The notes below the pieces were generated by a model, which saw nothing but the letters and a program-made list of their open reading frames with translations, was not told the origin of the DNA and searched no databases. The translations under genes and the position numbers were made by a program. A DNA stretch of 64,000 bases. It comes from Chrysomallon squamiferum (Eukaryota; Animalia; Mollusca). Of the stretch, positions 42,357 through 53,279 are shown piece after piece. How positions within the stretch are numbered: the stretch's first letter is position 1; each line of letters begins with the position of its first letter. Location of the stretch: NCBI GenBank assembly GCA_012295275.1, contig CM022672.1, forward strand, positions 30,876,001 to 30,940,000. Reading direction: 5' to 3'.

Positions 42357-45075
42357 CTAGTAATTTTATAAAATTTTGTCTGTTATTTTGTTTTAAGCAG
42401 TTGTCTGCATAGTAATATTTTTAAACTGGGTTTAATGTGAAGCTTCCTTTGTGAATTTCGTTCTTGGTTTGATTACTTATGAACCATATTTTTCTCTGGA
42501 CTTAAATAAAAATACTTTTTTATACTGAAAATGCTCAGAATACCATTTATTAGTTATATACCTTATTTGTCTTTTATATATACATATATACATACATATA
42601 CATGTAGATACATACCGTATATACTTGTGTACAAGGCGACCTTATGTATAAGTCGATGTGTATTTTAAGACCAAAAATTGCGTCATTTTAGGCATTGCTT
42701 GTGTATAAGTCGACTGTAGATTCCAGGCACCGTCACTATTTTTAGACCAGTGTGACAGTGCCATGAAGGCCTACATTTTATGCCTACTGTAACATAACTT
42801 GCACGAGCAGTAACTTGCACAAACATACCATAATAACGTAAATGCATGAGCTATAGCCTAAATCATTGCAAGACGCCATAAGGCATAACGCCGTACTGAC
42901 GGTTTTCTTGCTTTAAAATGTATTTTTATGTCATTAAATGGAAGAATATCATGTTTTACATTCATATTTGGTTTTGTTATTTAATTTTTCAAAATTTTTT
43001 ATACGATAAAATTATATTTTTGAAAAGCTGAAAGACTGCGATTATTTTAGATGCATCCCTTAGCAAAAAATAGTCAAAATGGCGACTCTTTAGCAACAGC
43101 TACAAAAGCATTACCTATGTATAAGTCGACCCCCAAAATATTACCTTAATATAGTCTCCCAAAAATTCAACTTATACACAAGTATATACGGTATGTATGT
43201 GTGTGTATATAGGTATATAGGCAATAGTGTGTGTGTGTTCATGTATGTAGGTATGTCTGATTGTATGTTTGGGTGTCTGTTTCTGTGTGTGTGTATAATG
43301 AACAGTGTGTACATAGGTAGGTATATGTATGTGTAATGTTTATTGGGGGGACCTAGGTACCTGTATATCTATACCTGTGTATGGGTGTCATTAAAATATA
43401 TTTAAGTTATACTAGATTAATTAAAAAGGTTTTGCTTTTATTCAGCTACAAATTAAAACTTTTATAACAAAATAAATAAATAAATTAACAATGTTTGTTT
43501 TGTTTGTCCAGGAACACAAACAGTGGACTCAGTCTGTATTGGACCTCTAGGAACACGAGTTGAAAATTATCAGTGTAACATTTTCAACAAACCTAACATG
43601 TCTAACAGACCTTGTAACCTACCACCATGTCCAGCAGAGTGAGCTTTTTAACCTCTTTATCAATTACAACTGATAATAGTCAGTTTTAAACCTCATTATG
43701 AAGACAACATGATAATAGTGATATATATGTATATATTGTGTGTGTGTATATTTATGTATGTGTATGTGTGTTTGTCTATACATACATGTCTATCTGTGTG
43801 TAATTCTATCTATATATGTATATATATTTATTTATTTGCACACACACACACACAGAGAGAACAAATTGACTGTAAGGTAGTGAAAATTTTGACTGCACAT
43901 TTTATTTATATATAAATCTTTTCTTATGTTTCTAATTACTTTTTAAAAACTTATTTTTTAAAGATGCAGAATCATTCAGTGAATGTTTATATTACATATA
44001 TATAAATATTTTATTATGTTTATTATTATTAATTTATTTTCTATTTTTAAAGATGGCGTGCAGATTCATTCAGTGAATGTTCTAGAACATGTGGAGGCGG
44101 GGAGCAGAGCAGGCGTGTAGAGTGCGTGCAAGTGATTGGTGGAAGACGTCAGGTGGTCCCACCCACCAGCTGTCCATCAGATTCTAAGCCAAAGGAACGC
44201 CAGCTCTGTGGTCAGGTGACTTGTCCAGGGGTGTGGAAAACTGGAGCCTGGTCTGCAGTAAGTAATATTTAACATTGTTGCTTGTTTTAAATTCACTGAT
44301 GAATTTCTAAATGTACAGTTTTAGGATTCAGTAGCCTGGGATCTAACTTTTGCCATTGAAATTTACATATTAACCATGTATAATTAAAATGTATAGCATT
44401 ACATGTATTATTTGATTAGTTATTCAATATAATTTCTAATTTCAGTAGCCTAGGAACTCATTTTTGCCACCAAAATTCACATCTGGATAATACTTACTCA
44501 AAATTTACATCTGGATAATACTTACTCAACTCAGATTTAATACAAATGTAAAAGATTTGGGATAAAACAACTGCAGTTATAATTTTATGTCTTTATATAC
44601 TGCTGTTTATAATTTTAATTTATTTATTTAAAAAAAATTGTAGCATTGCATGTATTACTTTTATACTTTGATTAGTTATTCAGTATAATTTCTAATTTAA
44701 GTAGCCTATGAATTCATTTTTGCTAATGAAATTTACATTCTGATAATCCATATTTAAGAAATAAGCCATTCAGCTAGATCACTTAAAACAAAACATTCAT
44801 TTGCTAGTTAATATAATTCCTAAGACTATGTAAAATATAATAATTTTGTTTAACATTAGTATTTTCAATATATTCTCATAATATACAAATGGCATAAGAA
44901 TAGCAATGTGTGAAATGATATCAGGTTGCAAACTGAGATAATATCATATAATATAAAAAATATTTACATATACTTTTTCTTTTTTTAAACCTTTGTATTT
45001 TTAATGGTCTCAGAATTTGAAAAAGAAGTGAGAACAAGAAGGTGAAATGCAATGAAGATGCAAATTTAGATAATG

Positions 45076-45160
<85 letters not shown>

Positions 45161-45708
45161 TATACCTTCATATATACATAAAAAACCCCACACACACAAA
45201 CATACATATCTTTACCTTTGTATTTTCAGTGCTCTCAAACGTGTGCTAAAGGGGTCAAGACAAGGACAGTGAAGTGCTACAAAGATGGAAATTCAGACCA
45301 GGAAGAAAGTGATTCAGTGTGTGTGGCTGCTGTCAAACCTGCAGCTAAATCGACTTGCATGGAGGCTCCATGTCATCCAGATATCAGTGAGTGATGCACC
45401 TCTGTCAAAGATTTTCAATAAAACAGACTCTGCATACTCAAAACCTTTAATTAAATTTTAAAAGTTTGTGGATCCTGAGTAAATCACCCAGTAAAAGATT
45501 TTAAAATGGACGACTGGCTGTAGGCAGTTTTTGATGAATGAAATGAAACTGCGTAAATTGTTTACACACACACACACATGCATGTACACACATACATACA
45601 TACATAAATACATACATACAAATATGTATATGTGTGTGTGTTTGTGGTTATAAATATATACATATATATACACATGCATATGCATGTGTGTGTGTGTGTA
45701 TGTATATA

Positions 45709-45743
<35 letters not shown>

Positions 45744-48300
45744 TTATAAAAACACACACACACATAATTCTATTTCTACAAACTATCATACATACATTTA
45801 CACAATACACACAAATACACTCATACACATATACACATAATACAACTATTTAGTTAAGCAATTTTTTTTTTTTTTTTTATTAGCTGGAGACAAATGTTCT
45901 GATGCTGTGAATTGTGGCCCATATGGAGACAATGTTTGTTACAAGTATGGTTCATGGGCAGAAAAGAATTGTCAAAACTTTTGTGGATATTGTTTGAAGA
46001 ATGCCACAAGTATGTTTAAAAAAATCTTTACTGAGGAACCATTTTGCCATTTTTAATTCGATCTTTTATAACTGTTTGAAATATAGGCTGTAACATTAAT
46101 AGTTAGGAGCTGTTTTGTAAATTTATTTTAAAAACAAAGTCCTTAGTGTAAGCGATGCAGACAAAGTTATATTTAGTTTCATAAATCAAATAAACAAATT
46201 TAGCTGCATGTTGAAGCATTTTTAACATTCTAACATAAATATAGAATAATATTCGAATTTGCATAATTTATTCAACATGACACTAGATTTAAGAATTCAT
46301 TATATCATGATGTGTTTAACATAAACTACTTTTCTCATTTGCATAATTTATTCAGTATATAATGATTCTTTAACATAAAACTAAAACGTTTAACATAAAT
46401 ATGAATATATTATTCTAATTTGCATAATTTGTTCAACATTTTGAGAAGTAATACTTTGTATACTTTTTTCAGCGTCATCATCGTCAAGTTCGACTGATTC
46501 TTGTGTTGACGTCATTAACAACTGTGCTGGTTACGGGAAGGAAGCATGTACGAAATACGACAAATGGGCTCATTCGAACTGCGCTAAATTCTGCGGTTTC
46601 TGCGACGGTGTGAAAACGACAGCAGCAACTGCAGTCACTTCTAGCGACGTCTGCGCTGATTCTAACTCACAGTGTGAAGCATATGGTGACGATGTTTGTA
46701 ATAAGTACAAGCAGTGGGCAGAACAAAACTGCAAGAAAAAATGCGGCCTATGTAAAATTAAAGGTAACAATTTTTTTTTTTTTTTTTTTTTTTAAATGAC
46801 ATGCAGATTTATTTATATAAATTAATATAAAAGAAAAAAAAATAATAAAAAAAAAAAAAATCATAACAGAACTCTTCTGAAGAATAGTTGGTCAATTTAA
46901 AAAAAATAAAAAAATAAATAATAAAAAAAAAATAATAATAAAAAATAAAATAAAAAGACAATAACATTTTCCTGAAGAATAGTCCTAAACATTTTTGCTA
47001 AATTTAAAATATGTCTTCAGAGTATTTCAGGTTAACAAGGCAAGTTTATTAGACAACCATTTTTTTTAGCAAATTTTTTATATGTATATCAATGTTAAGC
47101 ATATTCAACCAATCTGAATTGACATTAAAGTAAATTTTTCTGTGACCACAAATTTTGACCATTGTATACAGAATGAGTAACATGAAGTGTTCGATTCCAA
47201 GGTTTTTTGGTGCCAATTCAGTAACTTTACAAACTTGCAGCAATAACCTGCAAAACAAACTAAAAAATTAAATAATAAATTAAATAAGTAAAATTAATAA
47301 TCTGCAAGACAATTATGATTTACCAGAAAGAAACTGAAGTTAAAAAAAAAAAAAAAAAAAAAAAAAATCAAACTAAAAAAAAATTTGACTCATCCCATAT
47401 TAGTATTTATTAGAATTTTTTCACAAACTGATCTCACACCATGAATATTAGTGTAAATGATTATACCTTTTTGCAAAATGTTATATATTTATTTCGTTCA
47501 TGTAGACAGAAGTTTTTGTCTAATTAGTCCTTATTTCTAGGACAAATATTTTTTTTTTAATTAACAATTTGAAAAAAAACCACAAAAAAAACCAAGATCA
47601 GTAAGTGAAAAACGTGAAATAAAATTTGGTGTTGAAATATTTTCTTAAACACAAATAGTTTAAATTACAATAATAAGATATTTGATGGGTTGTTTTTTCT
47701 CCAGATGACAAATGTGAAGATGCAGCTGCTTGTAAAGGCTACCCAGCCACTGTGTGCACAGAATACAAGGAATGGGCAAAACAAAACTGTAAAAAGAAAT
47801 GTGGATTTTGTGGTGGAGAAAAAAGTAAAGAATATTTTTTGTATGTTTTTTTATGTATGTTTAACAAAGAAATGGCTGCTGACATAAATAATTTTAACAA
47901 AAATATTCTGATATATTTATTATCAAATATGTCACAGACAAAAAAAAATAAAGTAAAAAAAAAACTGTATGTAGATTTATTTTCATTCAGAAAGTACAAA
48001 AAAAAAAAATATATATATATATATGTATATAAATTTATTTTGACTGTCAAACCTGCAAAACTATAGTTGTCTGAACTTAAGAATAAATGTTTTGGTCAGG
48101 TGCAAAATACTTTTGAAAACAACAGTTTTGGACCACCCTGCATATATATATATATATATATTTACACACGTTTTTATCTGGTTGTTCCAGAAGCCTGTAA
48201 GGATATTGCCAACTGTGTTGCTTATGGAGCAGATGTTTGTACAAAATATGCAGAGTGGTCAAAACAGAACTGTCAGAAAACCTGTAATATTTGCTCATAA
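24644..48300 (+). CDS. ADAMTS-type secreted zinc metalloprotease (M12B) with five C-terminal ShKT domains
   Basis: Exons: 24644-24700 (signal peptide [16 protein letters not shown]); 28502-28565, 29135-29290, 29869-30008, 30747-30918 (prodomain); 31212-31363 (furin site KKRRRR), 31689-31772, 33523-33647, 34269-34412, 34866-35000 (HETGHSLGMKHD, Met-turn IMS); damaged exon ~35335-35465; 35898-35999, 36702-36853, 37297-37360 (disintegrin-like, TSR1 [15 protein letters not shown]); 37959-38061, 39017-39165, 39592-39712 (Cys-rich); 40234-40311, 41055-41209, 42035-42176 (spacer); 43512-43638, 44053-44257, 45230-45386 (three more TSRs); 45884-46009, 46473-46763, 47705-47824, 48191-48300 (ShKT x5, TAA). 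Phases join correctly except across the damaged exon. Confidence 0.93.
24780..25110. repeat. AT-rich ~100-bp degenerate tandem repeat in ADAMTS intron 1
   Basis: Three copies of TATATTAATACT...TATTAATTTCGTGGTAAT...ATTAATTTGTCGTATTTT...ATACAAATTCTGT. Confidence 0.75.
32044..32503. mobile_element. MITE with 24-bp TIRs inserted in an intronic tandem repeat
   Basis: CTTTTGACCGTCGATTTCACGGAC (32044) and GTCTGTGAAATCGATGGTCAAGAG (ends 32503) are inverted, with 3 mismatches. Confidence 0.82.
33050..33442. repeat. ~27-bp degenerate minisatellite
   Basis: Repeated CTTATTAACTGAATTTAACTGTGT. Confidence 0.8.
38645..38740 (+). pseudogene. Decayed partial duplicate (pseudo-exon) of ADAMTS exon 39017-39165
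   Basis: TGTTTAAATTGACAG/ACAAAGATCAGTGTAAATTGTAATGTCAAATACAAGGGCAGACAACTATTCAC matches the real exon start, but TAC has become TAA and deletions follow. Confidence 0.9.
42615..43191. mobile_element. Tc1/mariner-superfamily (pogo/Tigger-like) MITE, 577 bp
   Basis: TA-flanked TIRs CCGTATATACTTGTGTA / TACACAAGTATATACGG; internal GTATAAGTCGA repeats at ~42647, 42703 and 43119. Confidence 0.9.
45079..45158. repeat. (GA)n microsatellite
   Basis: Pure GA run; source of the ERER/SLSL ORFs. Similar runs at ~31056-31118, 48709-48772 and 57924-57967. Confidence 0.95.
45884..48300 (+). other. Five tandem ShKT domains on phase-1 exons (ADAMTS C-terminus)
   Basis: [33 protein letters not shown]; [34 protein letters not shown]; [34 protein letters not shown]; [33 protein letters not shown]; [33 protein letters not shown]. 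All fit CxD..C..C..Cx3Cx2C. Confidence 0.9.
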
Positions 48301-48317
48301 GGTAAGATAACTCTGAA

Positions 48318-48357
<40 letters not shown>

Positions 48358-48703
48358 GTGTGTGTGTTTGTCAGAAAATCTGTGATTATTGTTCATAAGA
48401 TAGAAGAAGTAAAACACACAAGTATGTTTGTGTGTATTCCACTTCTTTTATTTATTTATTTATTTTTAATGTTTAATACATTTTTAAAAATTTATCATTT
48501 TTTTTTTTTGTGATTTTAATGTAAATATTTAAACTTTTAACATCCTGTTTAAAATATAATTAAAAATTTAAACAAAAACAACCTTATTATTCTGGTCTTC
48601 GATGTAAAAAAAAGAAAATAAGAAAAATAAATATCTGTTAAGTGGAATACAAAATTACACAGTAAGTTCTAATTTAATTCATCTGTATTCCCAAAATTAT
48701 TGG

Positions 48704-48774
<71 letters not shown>

Positions 48775-49024
48775 TGAAAAAATGCTGCATTTTAAATATT
48801 TTCCATACATTTGTGTTTATAATGATTTATTTATTTATTTTTACTTTTCTTTTCAGTTCTGAACTGAAGAAACACAAAAATGAGCATTTTAAAAAAATGT
48901 TAATTTTTATTAATCATAATGAAAACATTTATTTAAAATATTTTCCATACATTTGCATGACATTTTTATTTTATTTATTTATTTAAATACTTTTATTTTC
49001 AGTTCTGAATTTTTTTTTTTTTTT

Positions 49025-49705
49025 ATAAATGAAATATTTATTTAAATATATTAGACATTGGATATAAAGATGTGTTACATTTTCATTAATCATAGATGAA
49101 ATATTTACTTAAATAAATATTATACAGTTGTGAAAAGATGGGTTTCTTTTTTATTAATTGTAATTGAAATATTTATTTAAATAAATATTAGACATTGGTG
49201 AAAAATGGGATTGTAATTGAAATATTTACTTAAATAAAGATGTGTTACATTTTCATTAATCATAGATGAAATATTTACTTAAATAAATATTATACAGTTG
49301 TGAAAAGATGGGTTTCATTTTTATTAATTGTAATTGAAATATTTACTTAAATAAATATTATACAGTGGTGATAAAGATGGGTTATATTTTTATTAATTGT
49401 AAATGAAATATTTATTTAAATGCATTATGTCCTGGTGTTATTTATAAATGAGATATTTATTTAAATATATAATTATACTAAAGATAGGTTACATTTTTAT
49501 TAATTATTAATAAAGCATTTATTTAAATATATTATATATTGGTGACAAAGGTTATTTTTATTATAAATGAGATATTTATTTAAATATATAATTGTAATAA
49601 AGATGGGTTATAATTGTAATCATAGATAAAATATTTATTCAAATATATTATATAGATGTAACAAACATATGTCCAGTTTTTATTAATTATAAATAAGATA
49701 TTTAC
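49025..49705. repeat. ~60-70-bp degenerate tandem repeat in the probable ADAMTS 3' UTR region
   Basis: Repeated GAAATATTTAYTTAAATAAATATTA...AAAGATGGGTT...TTTTATTAATT. Confidence 0.8.
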
Positions 49706-52700
49706 ATATCACTTCCTAAAGTGTCAACATCATACAGAACTGTTTTCCCTATTTTATTTCGTTTAACTTATTTTTTTTTAACTTTTTATTCCTGAGTTCA
49801 CCATGACAAATAAAAATATATTTGAAAATAAAAATAATGTTTAATTATTTTAACAAAAACAACACACTAGGAATGTTCATTTATTTATATTTAATGAAAC
49901 TCAACACATTCATAAAACCTTGTATAAATTCTGCATCAGTTCTAAGAATTCCTTTTTCCATATACATAAATTTTCTATAAATTAAAATGTTTCTGAAATT
50001 ATACAAATATCTGCATACAGATTTCCGTCTTGTAATCAACAATACATAATGCCATCAGTAGATTTAGTGAAAATTCGAGAAGTGGAATGTATACACTTCA
50101 AAATATGAAAATATTTTTAACATGTAGATTTTTTAACATTTATAATGGAATATTTTTCCTGGATATGTACTAAAAGAATAGGTGAATACATTTTTTTTCT
50201 TCAAAGAATGAAAATCAAAAATAAAAGATGTTAAAATACCAAATTCAAGATGGCAAGATTAAAAAACAGATGTTCAAAAGTAAAGAAAAAAGATTTAACA
50301 ACATAAATGAAATGACATTTTCTGATTTAAAAAAGAAATATATATGTATGTGAAATCTTCATGACAATAATTCATTGAAATTATAATTTTTATGAAAAAT
50401 ATTATTCTTTTCTTAATAATTGCCATATTGCAAAAACTTTTATTTGTTATCTAATATTAAATGGTTTATGTCATTTGCATAAAGTAAACTTAATTAAATA
50501 TCAGTTGATATAAGATCAAAAAACATCTATAAAAAAAAGATCACAGACATTATTTGGCAAAAAAAAAGGCAAATATATATATATATATACTGAAATTTAG
50601 ACAAGTAACAAGTATGATATCAAAAACAAATAAAGTAATATATGCATAACACATAATAATTTATGTTTTTCTTTAAGATATTAAACCGGTACCACATAAT
50701 AGCATGCTTTCTTTTAAGAATAACAACAACAACAAAAGGTCAGTCTTCCTTAACAACAACAACAACAACAACAACTTGAAACTGCTTGATGAAGAATGGC
50801 CTTTTCAAAAGAATTTCTCTCATGTTTCAGTTAATTCTTTTTATACTGAGTAATAACACTGTTGAAATCAACTGTATTTGAGCAATTTATATTTATTATT
50901 TGTCTCTGTGAGAAAACAGTATTTGGTTTAGAGTAAAATACAGAGTCAGGATAATATTGAAAAGGTTTAGGCAAACTGTTAAATGGAATCTAGAAAAGGT
51001 CTCAGAAAAAGACACAGGTTAAAAAAAAAAGAGAAGTCAGAGGTAAAACGTAACTGAAAAAGGACAAATAGTTACAGAAGAAAGGTCGATTGTCATAGGA
51101 AAAAGGCACTTGTATAAAAAGATGTCAGGTGAAAAAAAAAATGTCTTAGAAAAAGGCACTGATTAAAATGTCATGTCAAATGAGTCACAGGTAAAAATGT
51201 TATAGAAAAAGGCGTAAGTAACAACAATAAAGTTTTATTTAACAAAGGTTAAGGCACGTTTCCACAATCCTTTCCCAATTTCAAAATGACCTTAATAAAA
51301 ATACAAAAAATCTATGTTGAGACAGCTTAAGTCGAACGATATACTTTTAAAATACATTCTTAAACATTCTTTTTCTCTTTACCATATTCAAAATGGAAGA
51401 CAAAGAATTTGTATGTAACATGTTAATTATTTGTAAAGTAAATTATACATGTTTTTTTCAAAGGCACATGATGGATGGACATTAAGTAACAATTCAAAAA
51501 AAAAAAAAAAAAAAATTAAAATTATAAACAGCAGTATATTAAGACATAAAATTATAACTGCAGTTGTTTTATCCAAAATCTTTTACATTTGTATTAAATC
51601 TTAGTTGAGTAAGTCTATGTTAAAACAAGCATGTCGAATGTCACACTTCATTTAATTAAAGCATAGAGTGCCAAATGTCTTAAACAATAAAACATTTGAT
51701 CATTTTGGCAAGCCCCAAGTCTAAACTTGTACTGTTAAAAAGGCTCAGTCATGATTATAATGTTCCTGAAGAAAAATTTTGTTCCAAAAATGTATTTATT
51801 ACTAATTAAAAAGGTTGATGTAGAGTTCATTTAAAATCTGCCACAAGTTATCTGAGACTTTTAATAATAATAATGTTCATATGGCTATTGAAAAATTTAT
51901 TAATTACTTTTATTCTTTATTTAAAATAAAAAATAAAAAATAAAAATAAATGAAAAAAAAGACCTGCACCCTTGTTTTAATAGGATCATTCAATTTAAAA
52001 AAACAAAACAAAATATCAGCCATATTTTTTAACTATGAAAATCGGACGTCATTAAATTGAATTTTAAATAAAAATATATATTTACATTTTTGTTTTAATA
52101 GGAACATTCAGTTTCACACACACCAAAAAAAATGTCAGTCATACTGCTGGTTATACATTATTATTTTTTTAACTATTAAAATCAATCATCACGTAAACTA
52201 TCATAAAAAAACTATAATTTTCATTTTACAAACTGTAAGGCACAACAAACCTTAATTTTCAAGAAAAATGTACATAATCTCATTAAAATACTCCACTATC
52301 TAAATATAAACAAGGTTTCTTTTCATGAATTAGATTTTTGCTAACTGAATAGTAGATTAAGCACAGTTGTGAAAAGCGTTAACAAAGTTACTGATAAACC
52401 AGCGGTTTCAAAAATAAACCATTTCACCTCCTTGAAGACACTGCAGAATCAATAATAATCTACTTTTTATTTTTTTCATGTTACAAATGAAAAATAATTT
52501 ACTTTTAAAGAACTGTGGGAAAGGAGAGGGGTATGGAGATGAAGGTAACAGGTCAAAGGTGACGACTTCCATACATATTCAAATGGTTGTTTCATAAATA
52601 AATGATTCAAAAATCTACTCTCTGTAACAAAACAAAAATAATTAAAACAAATGAATGATTCAAAATCTACTCTCTGTAACAACACAAAAATATATAAAAC

Positions 52701-53279
52701 AAATAAATGACTAAAAATCTACTCTCTGTAATAATATTTTGTTAATATTATAAAGCTGGCTGCTGTTGAATAGTTTGTTTTTTTGAGTATCCGTGACGAT
52801 GCCCACTGAAATGAGAATATTTTGGTAAATAGATAATTTACTAACTAATCAAATTTATTTAAATTTTTACTCTCATTTTTAATTATTATCATGATTAGCA
52901 GTGACAAAACATGCCTGTTAAAAATGGTTTTTTAAAAAGAATTTTAAGTGAATTAATAAAAATCAAACATACCCTGCTTTATACTGTATTAATTTGTATC
53001 TGTTAAAAACAGTTTCACCTTTCACTTTCCTTTTCAAGAAAAGATCTAACCTATATCTGAGAATCGGACAAATTCATAAATATCAACCATTTCCAGTCAC
53101 AAGTGTTAGCTTTATAACTTTACTTAGAGATCAGATTCATTTTTTTTCTCTTTTTTTTTTTAAAAAGTATTTTCACTCTTCTCATTATTCTCTATTTTAG
53201 AAGATAATAAAATAAGAAATACCCACTAATACCAGCTAATCAAAGAAATCTATCCATAAACATAGAAACTTCGAGCTCT

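Noticed and set aside
50960-51220. Repeated GAAAAAGGCAC motifs
   Set aside because: Degenerate repeat remnant with no definable boundaries or function.
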